Of a DNA stretch of 64,000 bases, positions 1 to 10,758 are shown piece by piece. How positions within the stretch are numbered: position 1 is the first letter of the stretch; each line of letters starts with the position of its first letter. The stretch spans positions 23,116 through 87,115 of the forward strand of contig CAIOST010000191.1 of assembly GCA_903861045.1 (NCBI GenBank). Direction: 5' to 3'. Under the pieces are notes generated by a model. That model worked only from the letters and a program-made list of their open reading frames with translations. It did no database searches and was not told the origin of the DNA. Origin of the DNA: an uncultured bacterium (lineage in GTDB: Bacteria; Verrucomicrobiota; Kiritimatiellia; RFP12; CAIWXQ01). Both the position numbers and the translations under genes were made by a program.

Positions 1-1650
1 CGGCACAAAGGGGCCATCGGGCAAATCGCACCGGGCGAGCGTTTCCGGCACCGCAGGCGTCTCCATAAAGCCAAAGCGCAGCACGATCCGCGTGATCCCC
101 TCGCCCAATGGCATCACTTCGGCACGCTCCTCTTCCAGCACCGTGGGCGTCTCCTCCGTCAATACCGCCACAATCAAGGTGCGCGCATGCAAAATTTTAT
201 TGTGCCGGTAGTTATGTAGCAAGGCACGCGGTGCCGCTTCCGTGCTCCCAGTCAGAAAAACGGCGGTACCCGGCACGCGCGTGGGTTGCACATTGCCGAC
301 ATCCTGCACAAAGTCCATCAAAGGAAAGGACTGGGACGCGATAGTCTGCCGCAACTGCACGCGTCCCCGCACCCACGTCCCCATCAGCACGGCTATCGCA
401 CAGGCCAATACCACCACAATCCAGCCGCCCGCAGCAAGCTTGGACAAGTTGGCTCCAAAAAGAACCAGATCTAACGCCAAGAAAAGTAACCCCGCCCCCC
501 ATAGCACCGACCGCGGCACGGCTGGCCAAAAAGCCGGCGCAATCAACAGCATCAACAGCGTGGTAATGATCATGTCTGCGGAGACCGCAATACCATAGGC
601 CGCAGAAAGGCCGCTGGAGGTCTGGAAAACCAGAATGACGGCCACCGTACAGGCAAAGAGGGCGAAATTGATAAACGGCACATAGACCTGATTGATCGTG
701 CTGGCCGAGGTGTGCACGATACGCAGTCTTGGCCAGAAGCCTAGGCGCACCGCCTGTCGCGCCATCGAGAACGTGCCGGAAATCACCGCCTGTGAGGCAA
801 TCGCTGTGGCCAGCGTCGCCAAAGCCACCAGCGGCATCAGAAACCAGCCTGGCGCCAGGCGATAATAGAGATTACTCGGAATCGAGTCGGCGTAGAGCAG
901 ATAGGCGCCCTGCCCCATGTAATTGAGAAAAAGAGCGGGTAGCACAAAGAAAAACCAGGTCAGCCGAATGGGGCGTTTGCCAAAATGACCAATATCAGCA
1001 TAGAGCATCTCCGCCCCAGTCAGGGCCAGAAATACCGTACCAATGATCGCGAAGCCCGCCCATCCATTATGCAATAGCAGCCGAATGGCATACGCTGGAT
1101 TCAGCGCCGCCAGAATCGCAGGTGTCTGAACAATGGCGCCCAACCCCAACGCCGCGCTGACTGCAAACCAAGCCAACATGATGGGACCAAAAAGCAGTCC
1201 GATCTTTGTGGAACCACGCGACTGCAGCAGAAACAGCACCGTCAGGATTACGATCGTAACCGGCAGGACGAGCCCCTTCAAGGCCGGACTAATGGTTGTC
1301 AGACCTTCGACGGCGCTGAGCACCGAAATGGCTGGTGTAATGACACTATCGCTGAATAAAAGCGCCGCGCCCAGAATCGCAATCGCGCTCAACGCCAGTC
1401 CATTGCGCAGTCGCGCAGGTCCCAGGCGCATCACAAGCGCCTGCAGGGCCATAATGCCCCCCTCCCCGCGATTATCGGCACGCAGTACGAGGGCCACGTA
1501 CTTGATACAAACCACAATGACCAGCAACCAGAACACCAGCGAGACGGCCCCTAGCACATTATACGGGGTAAGCGCCAGACGATGCGGACCAATAAAACAT
1601 TCGCGCAACGCATAGAGCGGACTGGTGCCAATATCGCCAAACACCACGCC
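1..1650 (-). CDS. kup: KUP-family potassium uptake protein, 5' part (C-terminus beyond left edge)
   Basis: Reverse-complement translation around 1590-1650 gives MMLAALGVVFGDIGTSPLYALRECF, the KUP signature motif. Hydrophobic membrane-protein reading frame continues to position 1. No stop in window, which explains its absence from the ORF track. In-frame TAG just upstream of the ATG at 1650. Confidence 0.75.
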
Positions 1651-1873
1651 CAAGGCCGCCAACATCATGGCCAGCGTCCGTGGCTGGGCAGAGGCTTCCG
1701 GTTCGGGAGAAACTATCGTCTCGTTACGCACGGCTTTCGCACCAGGAGTTGCTTCGCACGCACCACAGATCTGCCTCTACGCAGCCACCCACCCCGCTGG
1801 AAAACGAAACGGCGGCACCATCCGTCTGGACGCTGCCGCCATTATCGTTGTCAGCCGTGCTCACGGGTTGCGG

Positions 1874-2302
1874 TTAGGCTGGCTTCTCGGACGTCTGTAC
1901 ATCCTTGCCATCTGTGGCCACCACTTCCGTCACGGTTGCCGGCGTTACCACCGTCACCCATTCCAAGATCGCCATCTCGGCGCCATCGCTCTTGCGCTGG
2001 CCGAGCTTGGCGATGCGCGTATAACCACCCGGACGCCCGGTCATCGACGGGACCACCCGTTCAAACAGCCGCGCGACGGCCTCCGGGCTGCGCAGACGGG
2101 CCGCCGCCAGACGACGGGCAGCGAGCGTACCCTTGCGGGCCAACGTGACGATCTTCTCGGCATCCTGCCGCGCCACTCTAGCCTTGGACAGCGTGGTCTG
2201 GATGCGATCCCGCAGGATCAGGTTGGCAACTAACGACCCAACCATCTGCTCCCGATGGGATGTTGACCGTCCGAACTTCTTGCAAATTCTTCTGTGGCGC
2301 AT
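1874..2302 (-). CDS. rplQ: 50S ribosomal protein L17
   Basis: 142-aa ORF with the L17 signature (HRRICKKFGRSTSHREQMVGSLVANLILRDRIQTT). Downstream of rpoA as in the alpha operon. Confidence 0.9.
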   Translation of the reverse strand: MRHRRICKKFGRSTSHREQMVGSLVANLILRDRIQTTLSKARVARQDAEKIVTLARKGTLAARRLAAARLRSPEAVARLFERVVPSMTGRPGGYTRIAKLGQRKSDGAEMAILEWVTVVTPATVTEVVATDGKDVQTSEKPA

Positions 2303-2371
2303 GATCTACCGCTCCATATGGCCGCTGTCATAAACAACAGCGTCCCGATATTCCCAGCAAACCCACAACAA

Positions 2372-3397
2372 CTATTCCTCGGTGGGGTTCTTCTTCTTCG
2401 CCGCAGCCATTACTTCGAGCATTTCTGCATCGAATTTGTAGCCCAGCGAGAGACCGAGTTCCAACAGTTTGTCCTTGATCTCGTTCAGCGACTTCTTGCC
2501 GAAGTTGCGATACTTCAGCATGTCCGCTTCGCTCTTCAAGGCCAGTTCACCCACGGTGATGATGTTGGCATTGTTCAAGCAGTTGGCGGCACGGACGCTG
2601 AGTTCGATCTCGTTGACGCTCATGTTGAGCACCTTGCGGATCCGATCGCGCTCCTCGTCGACCTTGCGCTCAGCCTCCTCAAACTCGACCACTTCCTCGC
2701 TATAATCCACAAACACGTCGAGATGATGGCGCAAAACCGCTGCCGCTGTTTTCAGTGCGTCATCGGGCGTGACGCGTCCATCCGTCCAGACATCCAGAAT
2801 CAGCTTCTCATAATCCGTGCGCTGTCCGACCCGTGTGTTTTCCACGGCGAAATTGACACGCGCCACGGGCGAGAAAATGCTATCGACCGGAATCCGGCCA
2901 ATTTCCTGCTCGGCCGTCTTATTCCACTCCGCCGGATAAAAGCCGCGTCCCGTGCGGATTTCCACTTCCATATTCAGCTCGCCATCCACATCCAGCGAGG
3001 CAATCACCTGGGTGGGATTGAGCACATCCACACTGTTATCGAGCTGGAAGTCGCCGGCTGTGACCGTGCAGGGTCCTTTGCGCTTAAGCGCAATCCACCG
3101 GGGCGAGCGGTTGTAGCTGTGCAAGAGCACGCGCTTAAGGTTCAGGATGATATCGGTGACATCCTCGCTGACGCCCGGCAAGGCGCAGAACTCATGGCCG
3201 GCACCTTTAATGCGCACCGAGGTGATGGCCACGCCCTCGATCGAGGAGAGCAACACGCGCCGCAGGGAGTTTCCCACGGTACGAGCATATCCCACCTCAA
3301 ACGGTTCGGCTACAAACCGCGAATACGTGGCCGTGGCGGTGGATTCATCCTTGGCCACACACTTCGGCATTTCAAAGCGGCTCAGTCGGATCGGCAT
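2372..3397 (-). CDS. rpoA: DNA-directed RNA polymerase alpha subunit
   Basis: ORF 2372..3427; alignment to canonical RpoA (LGNSLRRVLLSSIEG, C-terminal CTD helix-hairpin-helix) favours the internal start MPIRLSRF at 3397. Confidence 0.88.
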   Translation of the reverse strand: MPIRLSRFEMPKCVAKDESTATATYSRFVAEPFEVGYARTVGNSLRRVLLSSIEGVAITSVRIKGAGHEFCALPGVSEDVTDIILNLKRVLLHSYNRSPRWIALKRKGPCTVTAGDFQLDNSVDVLNPTQVIASLDVDGELNMEVEIRTGRGFYPAEWNKTAEQEIGRIPVDSIFSPVARVNFAVENTRVGQRTDYEKLILDVWTDGRVTPDDALKTAAAVLRHHLDVFVDYSEEVVEFEEAERKVDEERDRIRKVLNMSVNEIELSVRAANCLNNANIITVGELALKSEADMLKYRNFGKKSLNEIKDKLLELGLSLGYKFDAEMLEVMAAAKKKNPTEE

Positions 3398-3456
3398 AAT
3401 TCTTCCTTTCGGGCACCCGCCCGCCATATGGCGAGGCGGCCAGCTCGCGCATCGCC

Positions 3457-4086
3457 CTAGCGCGAATAGAGTTCGACCACGGCCTGTTCATTCACGATCG
3501 GCGCGATCTGCTCGCGCGTCGGCACGGCCAGCACTTCGCCGCGGAACGCCTTCTTGTCTAAAGACACCCAACCGGGCGTCTGCTGCGTGCTCGCGGCTTC
3601 CAGTGCCCGCGTGGCCAAGTCCCGGCTGCGTGCCTGGCTGCGCACTTCCACGACATCCCCCATCTTCAGCACGATGGACGGTACATTGGCCAACCGGCCG
3701 TTGACCAGGATATGCCGATGCAGCACAAACTGCCGCGCCGCCCGCCGGGAACTCGCAAAACCCAGGCGATAAATCATATTGTCTAGGCGCAACTCCAGCA
3801 TCTGCAGCAGCAGCTCACCTGTGACACCTTCACGACGCAAAGCCTCGCGGAAGAAGCGCTTGAACTGCACTTCTTGCATGCCAAATTGGCGGCGCAATTT
3901 CTGCTTCTCGCGCAACTGCCTGCCGTATTCGGACATCTTGCGAGCGCGTCGGGCGACGTGCATGCCGGGAGCGCCATGCCCCTGGTCAATGGCACATTTG
4001 GCCATATAGCAGCGCGCACCCTTCAAAAATAGCTTCATTCCCTCGCGGCGACATAGCCGGCAGGCGGGTCCTGTATACCTACCCAT
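3457..4086 (-). CDS. rpsD: 30S ribosomal protein S4
   Basis: 209 aa, MGRYTGPACRLCRREGMKLFLKG zinc-ribbon S4 N-terminus. Confidence 0.9.
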   Translation of the reverse strand: MGRYTGPACRLCRREGMKLFLKGARCYMAKCAIDQGHGAPGMHVARRARKMSEYGRQLREKQKLRRQFGMQEVQFKRFFREALRREGVTGELLLQMLELRLDNMIYRLGFASSRRAARQFVLHRHILVNGRLANVPSIVLKMGDVVEVRSQARSRDLATRALEAASTQQTPGWVSLDKKAFRGEVLAVPTREQIAPIVNEQAVVELYSR

Positions 4087-4568
4087 TAGACTCTCCTTCT
4101 CTTGCGCGCACGGCAGCCATTATGTGCAATCGGCGTGCAATCACGAACCACACTGATATGAATTCCGGCGGATTGGATGGCGCGCACGGCAGACTCACGC
4201 CCGGCACCGGCACCCTGCACACGGACTTCGACTTCATGCATGCCCTTCGTGACTGCCTGACGGGCAGCATCCTGGGCCACCATGGTAGCCGCGAAGGCGG
4301 TGCACTTCCGCGACCCGCGGAATCCGGCTTTGCCCGCCGAACTCCACGCAATCACGCCACCCCGCGCATCGGTGATGGAAACAATGGTGTTGTTAAAAGA
4401 AGACCGAACAAAGGCGATGCCGGAAGGAATCGACTTGGCCTTGGCCTTGCGGATCTTGCTATCCGCCGCCGCCTTGGCCTTGGCATCCTCGCCATCACCC
4501 ATAATAGCAGCCGCCTCGCTAACTACGGGCGCAGCCGGCGTTTCTTGTTTAATTGCTTCGTCGCTCAT
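4086..4568 (-). CDS. rpsK: 30S ribosomal protein S11 with ~40-aa Ala/Lys-rich N-terminal extension
   Basis: Core IPSGIAFVRSSFNNTIVSITDARGG matches S11. Preceded by AAPVVSEAAAIMGDGEDAKAKAAADSKIRKAKAK. Confidence 0.85.
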   Translation of the reverse strand: MSDEAIKQETPAAPVVSEAAAIMGDGEDAKAKAAADSKIRKAKAKSIPSGIAFVRSSFNNTIVSITDARGGVIAWSSAGKAGFRGSRKCTAFAATMVAQDAARQAVTKGMHEVEVRVQGAGAGRESAVRAIQSAGIHISVVRDCTPIAHNGCRARKRRRV

Positions 4569-4638
4569 GCATCAGCCTCGTGGGTATCAACGTATGCCGT
4601 CCCGCCGCCCGCAACATTCCTGCTACAGGCTACACGGA

Positions 4639-5049
4639 TCAGGCCTTCTTGGTGTCGCTCTTGATGGCCTGGCGAACGGCCTTGTCGCGCACCGCGCCAA
4701 CAGTCTTCTTCGAGCCCTTGCGGGTCCGCGCATTCGTACGTGTGCGTTGCCCGCGCACGGGCAGCCCGCGCTTGTGCCGCGTGCCGCGGTACGAGCCGGT
4801 GCTGATCAAGCGGCGGATGTTCTGCGACACTTCCCGCCGCAAATCACCTTCCACCCGATAATGCTCCTGGATGTAAGCGGTGATCTGACGGATCTCATCC
4901 GGTGTCAGATCGCCAGCCTTTTTCGCTGGATCAATCTTGCATTGTGCTACGGTAATCTTAGCACGAGCAAGACCGACGCCAAAAAGGTACGCGAGCGCGT
5001 ACTCGACGCGCTTCCTGTCCGGTATATCCACACCCAACAATCTTGGCAT
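4639..5049 (-). CDS. rpsM: 30S ribosomal protein S13
   Basis: Internal start MPRLLGVDIPDRKRVEYALAYLFGVG is the canonical S13 N-terminus. The ORF-track N-terminal extension was rejected. Confidence 0.88.
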   Translation of the reverse strand: MPRLLGVDIPDRKRVEYALAYLFGVGLARAKITVAQCKIDPAKKAGDLTPDEIRQITAYIQEHYRVEGDLRREVSQNIRRLISTGSYRGTRHKRGLPVRGQRTRTNARTRKGSKKTVGAVRDKAVRQAIKSDTKKA

Positions 5050-5063
5050 GGCCAAATCTCCAA

Positions 5064-5177
5064 CTAACCTTGACGCTGCTTGTGCCTTGGGTTGGTGCAA
5101 ATAATTCGCACCACCCCTCGCCGCCGTACCACACGGCAGCGCTCGCACATTCGCCTAACGGAACTGCGAACTTTCAT
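5064..5177 (-). CDS. rpmJ: 50S ribosomal protein L36
   Basis: Not in ORF track (37 aa). Reverse-complement of 5064-5177 reads [37 protein letters not shown], a zinc-ribbon L36, with a GAGGAAAC Shine-Dalgarno 6 nt upstream. Confidence 0.85.
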   Translation of the reverse strand: MKVRSSVRRMCERCRVVRRRGVVRIICTNPRHKQRQG

Positions 5178-5258
5178 GACTTCGTTTCCTCGTTCAAAAA
5201 AAGAGATACAGAGTACCTTAGCCCTGCCCTCTTTGTCCATAACAAAAAAAGAAAAAAA

Positions 5259-6026
5259 TCAACCGGCGGTCAGCACCTCCACGCCGTGCGCGCCAACCGC
5301 CACCGTATGCTCGAAATGCGCCGAGGGACGCCGGTCCTTGGTCACCACCGTCCACCGGTCAGACAGCACGTGCACCGCCGCTCCGCCCAGATTCACCATG
5401 GGTTCAATACAAAAGGTCATCCCGGCCTTCAACAATGGGCCGTGCCCTGGTTTGCCGAAGTTGGGCACCTGAGGCTCTTCATGCAACTCGCGCCCCACGC
5501 CGTGCCCGACGAACTCGCGGACCACGCGACAATCACCCGCCCGTGCCACCTGCTCTACGGCCGCCGAAACATCGGAAAGATGCTCGCCACACCGCACGGC
5601 CGCAATGCCAGCCTCCAAAGCCCGCCGCGTGGTGGTCACGAGACGCTCCGCCTCGGGCGTCACCTGCCCGACCATAACCGTTGTGGCCGTGTCGCCGATA
5701 AATCCATCGTACTTTACGCCCACATCAATCGATACCAGATCGCCGACTTCCATGCGTCGCGGCCCGGGGATGCCGTGAATCACCTCTTCATTCACGGAAA
5801 CACAAATAGCTCCAGGAAAGGGACTCGCGCCGGGAGCCCCGCGATAGCCCAGGAAGGCACTGGTGGCGCCAGCTGTCCGAATGAGCTCCCGCGCAACCTC
5901 ATCCAATTCACGCGTGGACATGCCAGGAAGCACCGCCGCCGCGAGCCGCTGCAAAATGTTCGCCGCCAAGCGTCCGCTCACGCGCATCGCGGCCAGCTCA
6001 CTCTCGGTCTTGCACAAAATCATGGC
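5259..6026 (-). CDS. map: methionine aminopeptidase type I
   Basis: Start at MILCKTESELAAMR; metal-binding motifs (GHGVG, FCIEPM) present. Confidence 0.85.
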   Translation of the reverse strand, partial: AMILCKTESELAAMRVSGRLAANILQRLAAAVLPGMSTRELDEVARELIRTAGATSAFLGYRGAPGASPFPGAICVSVNEEVIHGIPGPRRMEVGDLVSIDVGVKYDGFIGDTATTVMVGQVTPEAERLVTTTRRALEAGIAAVRCGEHLSDVSAAVEQVARAGDCRVVREFVGHGVGRELHEEPQVPNFGKPGHGPLLKAGMTFCIEPMVNLGGAAVHVLSDRWTVVTKDRRPSAHFEHTVAVGAHGVEVLTAG

Positions 6027-6664
6027 AGTGCCTGAACGATCCGATCCGTGACCTCGTCCGCGCCGCCCAGGCCATTCACCCGCACCAGCAGCTTCCGCGA
6101 CCCATACCATTCAATCAGCGGCGCGGTATCCTGCGCGAAAACAGCCAGCCGGTTGCGCACCGTCGCGGGATTATCATCCGCGCGCTGCACCAAGGCCGCG
6201 CCACAGGCATCACACACATCCGTCACCTTGGGTGGCAGCGTGGTTACGTGGAAACCCGTTGCACACGCCGAGCAGACTCGGCGCCCTGCCAACCGCGCCA
6301 CCACCACATTCTCAGCCACCTCCAGCAGCACGGTTGCGCGAATTTGCCCGCCCTGCGCAAGCACCAGCCGTTCCAGCATCGCCGCCTGCGGCACCGTGCG
6401 CGGAAATCCATCAAGCAAAACATGCAAATCCGGCCCACCGCCTATCAGCAAATCCGAAATGATCCGGCCGATCAGTTCGTCAGGAACCAGCTTCCCTTGC
6501 TTCATATACCCTTCGGCCTCTTGACCGGCCGGCGTGCCCTGCTTAACCGCACTCCGCAGCAGATCGCCGCTGGATACATGGCGAACCCCCAGCCGTTTCA
6601 CCAGTCTCTCTGCCGCCGTGCCTTTGCCGGCGCCGGGGGCTCCCAGAAGAATGATCGCATCCAT
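6020..6664 (-). CDS. adk: adenylate kinase
   Basis: GAPGAGKGT P-loop plus zinc-binding lid (CSACATGFH...CDACG). Confidence 0.9.
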   Translation of the reverse strand: MDAIILLGAPGAGKGTAAERLVKRLGVRHVSSGDLLRSAVKQGTPAGQEAEGYMKQGKLVPDELIGRIISDLLIGGGPDLHVLLDGFPRTVPQAAMLERLVLAQGGQIRATVLLEVAENVVVARLAGRRVCSACATGFHVTTLPPKVTDVCDACGAALVQRADDNPATVRNRLAVFAQDTAPLIEWYGSRKLLVRVNGLGGADEVTDRIVQALP

Positions 6665-6834
6665 GCCACGTGCTCCCTAGGGAAACCCGACTTGCTTCGT
6701 AGACCGAGCATGACGCTGGACCAACGGCGTCACCGCGTGGCTGCCAAACGCGTACGACATCGCCTGCGACCTCGTCCTCATGACGTCACCGTGGACTGCG
6801 CCAAACGAACGGCGCATGAGCGCCACGCTTGCAG

Positions 6835-8226
6835 TTACTTGCGTCCCTGCAGACGGCCATGCTTCAGAAATCCATCGTAGTTGCGCATAAGTAGATGGGA
6901 TTCCATCTGCCGCAACGTATCCAAGGCCACACCGACAATAATCAGCAGGCTGGTGCCGCCAAAAAAAGACGCCATCTCCCAGGGCACCTTGAGCCAACCG
7001 CGCAGCACTTGCGGTACAATGGCTACCGTCAACAATCCTAACGCCCCAAAGAATGTGACTCGCGTCATTACCATGTCGAGATGCTCAGCGGTGGCCATGC
7101 CTGGGCGAATGCCAGGAATATACGAACCGTTCCGCTTGAGATCATCGGCGATACGTACCGCATTAAACTGCGTCGCCACCCAGAAGAAGGCAAAGAAAAA
7201 GATTAAAACCGCATAGGCAAAAATATGCACCGCATCATCCATGGCATTCAGTCGTACGCCAAAAGACTGCAGCGCCAGAAGGATGGAATGGAGCATAGGC
7301 ACCGAAACGCCATCCGGATTAATGCGGCTCATGGCAGCGCCCGAAAACTGAATCAGCGGTTGGGCGAAAATGATGGGCATCACGCCGGAATAGTTCACGC
7401 GCAGTGGCATGTAGGTGTTTTGCCCGCCATATTGCTTGTTGCCTACCACGCGGCGGGTGGAATGGATCGGAATCTTCCGCAACCCCTGCGTTAACATGAC
7501 GGTGGCCATGATCACAAAGAAACCGAGCAACAGCAGTACCAGCAGTTCGAACACGCTCTGTCCGCCCGTCGAAAAATAGCGCTGCCACGCTTCGATGAGC
7601 GCCGCCGGCAGCCGACTGCAGATATTCACCATGATCACCACGGAACTGCCATTGCCGATGCCGCGCAGCGTAATCTGATCACCCAGCCAAACCACAAACA
7701 TGGTGGAGGTGGTCATCGTCAGCACCGTCAGCAAACGGAACGGCCATCCGGCAAACGAGGGATCCACCAACTGGATGTCCCCGATGCCCAGTTTGCCAGG
7801 ATTCTCCAAGGCCACAGCCAGAAAATACGCTTGGAAAACGCAAATGACTAATGTCAGATACCGGGCATACTGATTGATCTTGGCGCGGCCGGTATCTCCC
7901 TCGCGCGAAAGTCGCTCGAGCGTCGGGATAACCGCCGTCATCAACTGTATGACAATCGTGGCGCTGATATACGGCCAGATACTCAGGAAACCGACCGAGC
8001 ACTGGCTCATGGCGCCGCCGCTAAACACGTCAAACCACCCGAGCAGCCCACCGGTCTCCCGTACCCGATTAGCCAACTCCTCGAGGGCCCTCCAATCCAC
8101 GCCTGGTGTCGGCACCATGGACACCAACCGGCAGATGAAAACCAGTCCGATCGTAAACAAGATGCGCTTACGCAGTTCGGGGATCCGGAAGGTGTTAGCA
8201 AAGGCGGCGAGCATGACGATTCCCAA
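6835..8226 (-). CDS. secY: preprotein translocase subunit SecY
   Basis: 463-aa polytopic membrane protein, conserved spc-operon position. Confidence 0.9.
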   Translation of the reverse strand: MGIVMLAAFANTFRIPELRKRILFTIGLVFICRLVSMVPTPGVDWRALEELANRVRETGGLLGWFDVFSGGAMSQCSVGFLSIWPYISATIVIQLMTAVIPTLERLSREGDTGRAKINQYARYLTLVICVFQAYFLAVALENPGKLGIGDIQLVDPSFAGWPFRLLTVLTMTTSTMFVVWLGDQITLRGIGNGSSVVIMVNICSRLPAALIEAWQRYFSTGGQSVFELLVLLLLGFFVIMATVMLTQGLRKIPIHSTRRVVGNKQYGGQNTYMPLRVNYSGVMPIIFAQPLIQFSGAAMSRINPDGVSVPMLHSILLALQSFGVRLNAMDDAVHIFAYAVLIFFFAFFWVATQFNAVRIADDLKRNGSYIPGIRPGMATAEHLDMVMTRVTFFGALGLLTVAIVPQVLRGWLKVPWEMASFFGGTSLLIIVGVALDTLRQMESHLLMRNYDGFLKHGRLQGRK

Positions 8227-8247
8227 GCGAGAGGAGCTATGACACGG

Positions 8248-8688
8248 CTACAACGTGATGCAGGTGCCGCCGGCGGTTTCGATTTTCGCGCGAGCCGCCG
8301 CGCTGAACGCATGAGCCGTCACGGTCAGCTTGCGGTCGCAAACTCCATTAGCCAGAATCTTAATGCGCTCCGGGCGCTTGGGTGCCAATCCGGCTTGCCG
8401 CAACACGTCCGGGGTAATATCGGCGCCATCCGCAAATACCGCGAGCGCCCCCAGACTAACCTCTGCAACAAGCACGCGCGTCGGGTTCTTGAAACCGCGC
8501 TTCGGCAGACGCCGCACCAGCGGCATCTGGCCACCCTCAAAAGCGATCTTGATTTTATGACCTTTGCGGGCCATCTGTCCCTTATGGCCGCGGCAGCAGG
8601 TCTTGCCGTGGCCGGAAGCCATGCCACGCCCCACACGCTTGCGTGGGCGGCGACTGCCGGGAGTGTTCGTCAAACTGGCGAGGTCCAT
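8248..8688 (-). CDS. rplO: 50S ribosomal protein L15
   Basis: Start at MDLASLTNTPGSRRPRKRVGRG; the upstream ORF-track extension would overlap rpsE. Confidence 0.85.
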   Translation of the reverse strand: MDLASLTNTPGSRRPRKRVGRGMASGHGKTCCRGHKGQMARKGHKIKIAFEGGQMPLVRRLPKRGFKNPTRVLVAEVSLGALAVFADGADITPDVLRQAGLAPKRPERIKILANGVCDRKLTVTAHAFSAAARAKIETAGGTCITL

Positions 8689-8707
8689 ATTCAATCTCCG
8701 GGAATGG

Positions 8708-9202
8708 TCAAGCCCGCGCGGCGGCAATATGCTCTGCCGAACGGAGTTTCTGGAGGGATACCATCGTGGCTTTGACCACATTCAAGCGGTTCTTGCTACC
8801 GAGCGACTTGCCAATCACATCGCGCACGCCGGCCGCTTCCAGCACGGGACGCATCCCGCCGCCGGCGATTACGCCAGAGCCATCCGGGGCCGGCTTCAGC
8901 AACACGCGGCCCCCATCGCAGGCCCCGCACACTTCATGCGGAATGGTCTTGCCATGCATCACAATCGTCATCATGCTCTTGCGCGCCGCTTCGCCCCCCT
9001 TGCGGATGGCCTCGCTGACTTCATTGGCTTTGCCAAAGCCAAACCCAACGCGTCCCGCGCGGTCGCCGACGACCACCACCGCACTAAAGCTAAACCGGCG
9101 GCCACCTTTCACCACCTTTGCGCAGCGGTTGACAAAGACCACCCGCTCATCCATGCCATCGCCTTTCGGCTGGCCATAGGAACTACGTTCCATCGCGCTC
9201 AC
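8708..9202 (-). CDS. rpsE: 30S ribosomal protein S5
   Basis: 164 aa, S5 dsRBD-like ([18 protein letters not shown]). No rpmD ORF between rpsE and rplO (19-bp gap). Confidence 0.9.
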   Translation of the reverse strand: MSAMERSSYGQPKGDGMDERVVFVNRCAKVVKGGRRFSFSAVVVVGDRAGRVGFGFGKANEVSEAIRKGGEAARKSMMTIVMHGKTIPHEVCGACDGGRVLLKPAPDGSGVIAGGGMRPVLEAAGVRDVIGKSLGSKNRLNVVKATMVSLQKLRSAEHIAAARA

Positions 9203-9582
9203 TTCGTCACCTCCGCCGCACTGACGACGTCGTCATTGGTAATCTTCAGGCCGGCGGCCACAGCGGCCTCGACCAGTTGCTTGACGCGGCCATGAAACCG
9301 GAACCCGCCGCGATCTACTACCACCAACCGCAATCCCTTGGCCAGCGCAGCCTCTGCCGCCTGAGCACCAACCTGCTGGGCATCTACGAGATTGCGCCCC
9401 TTCCCCGTCTTGGCGGTCGAGGTCTGGGCCAGCGTCCGCCCCGCGATGTCATCAATGAACTGCACATACATGTGCTGGTTGGACAGGTAGATGGCCATAC
9501 GCGGTCGATCCGCCGTACCTTGTACGCGCTGGCGTAGACGCCGATGCCGAATGGTGCGTTGATCCTTGCGATTGAAACTCAT
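9199..9582 (-). CDS. rplR: 50S ribosomal protein L18
   Basis: 127 aa, L18 motif, operon position. Confidence 0.9.
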   Translation of the reverse strand: MSFNRKDQRTIRHRRLRQRVQGTADRPRMAIYLSNQHMYVQFIDDIAGRTLAQTSTAKTGKGRNLVDAQQVGAQAAEAALAKGLRLVVVDRGGFRFHGRVKQLVEAAVAAGLKITNDDVVSAAEVTK

Positions 9583-9606
9583 GGTTCGCTCCGCTTGCCC
9601 CGTGCA

Positions 9607-10143
9607 TTACGCGACGGTCTTACCCTGCTTGCGACGGATTTGCTCGCCGACATACTTGATGCCCTTGCCCTTGTAGGGTTCGGCCGGGAAGAACCCGCGG
9701 ATGCGGGCCGTGGTGTCACCCACCAATGCCTTGTCCACCCCATCAATGGTGAGCTGCACGCCCTGCTTCTCCGTAACCTTGACACCGGCAGGGATCGTGA
9801 AATCCTTGGGCGCGGCAAACCCTAGCCAAAGCTGGAGTTTACTGCCCTGTACCGCGGCCTTGAAGCCCGTGCCCTCGATCACCAGCTCCTTGCGATATCC
9901 CTTGGTCACGCCCTGCACCATATTGACCAGTAGCGTGCGGATCAAGCCGTGCCGACTCTTCTGTGCGCGCGAATCATCCGCCCGCAGCACCAAGACCCTG
10001 CCAGGCTCTACGCTCGCCGTGATCCCCTCGGGTAATGCACGCACCAGCTGTCCCAGCGGTCCTGTTACCGTCACTTGACCGCCGCTGGCGATCGCCGTGA
10101 CACCGGCCGGTATTACGACCGGCTGTTTGCCGATTCTCGACAT
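9607..10143 (-). CDS. rplF: 50S ribosomal protein L6
   Basis: 178 aa, MSRIGKQPVVIPAGV. Confidence 0.9.
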   Translation of the reverse strand: MSRIGKQPVVIPAGVTAIASGGQVTVTGPLGQLVRALPEGITASVEPGRVLVLRADDSRAQKSRHGLIRTLLVNMVQGVTKGYRKELVIEGTGFKAAVQGSKLQLWLGFAAPKDFTIPAGVKVTEKQGVQLTIDGVDKALVGDTTARIRGFFPAEPYKGKGIKYVGEQIRRKQGKTVA

Positions 10144-10153
10144 CGCGCACTCC

Positions 10154-10549
10154 TTACCAGATTGTGCAGATCAACTCTCCGCCCAGCTTGCGCTGGCGGG
10201 CGTCTTTGCCGCTCATGACACCACCGGAAGTGCTCAACACCGCCGTGCCCATGCCGCCCAGAACGCGGGGAATATCGTTGTAGCCGCAAAAGCGGCGCAG
10301 ACCGGGTTTACTTTCGCGACGGATGCCGCGAATCGCTGGTTCGGCCTGCTCGCTGTACTTCAAATCAAGATGCAGCGAGCATCGGCCTTCACCCGTGAGG
10401 GTGTAACCGGCAATATACCCTTCCGCTTGCATCACTCGCGCCAACTCGCCTTTGAGGCGAGAGCCTGGCATATCCAATGAAGGTATACCAGCCTTTTGCG
10501 CGTTACGGATGCGCGTCAACATATCCGAAATAGGATCCGACCAACTCAT
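10154..10549 (-). CDS. rpsH: 30S ribosomal protein S8
   Basis: 131 aa, [17 protein letters not shown]. Confidence 0.9.
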   Translation of the reverse strand: MSWSDPISDMLTRIRNAQKAGIPSLDMPGSRLKGELARVMQAEGYIAGYTLTGEGRCSLHLDLKYSEQAEPAIRGIRRESKPGLRRFCGYNDIPRVLGGMGTAVLSTSGGVMSGKDARQRKLGGELICTIW

Positions 10550-10559
10550 CGTCCTGCCC

Positions 10560-10745
10560 TCACCAGCTTGCCTTGGTCACGCCGGGGATCTGTCCGGACA
10601 CAGCCAGCTCGCGGAAACACAAACGGCAGAGCTGGAACTTGCGCATAAAGGCGCGAGGCCGACCGCAGCGTGAGCAGCGGTAATACCCTCGCACTGAAAA
10701 CTTGGGCGTGCGTTTCGCCTTTTCCATCAAACATGTCTTGGCCAC
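10560..10745 (-). CDS. rpsN: 30S ribosomal protein S14 type Z (zinc-binding, 61 aa)
   Basis: [36 protein letters not shown] has the CxxC...CxxC ribbon. Start taken at the GTG giving [12 protein letters not shown]; the upstream ATG is less likely. Confidence 0.8.
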   Translation of the reverse strand: MAKTCLMEKAKRTPKFSVRGYYRCSRCGRPRAFMRKFQLCRLCFRELAVSGQIPGVTKASW

Positions 10746-10758
10746 GGCGAATCCCCTT

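Noticed and set aside
1133-2233. Plus-strand ORFs 1133..1615, 1582..2148 and 1625..2233
   Set aside because: They are antisense to kup and rplQ. The true kup frame has no stop in the window, so it was not listed in the track.
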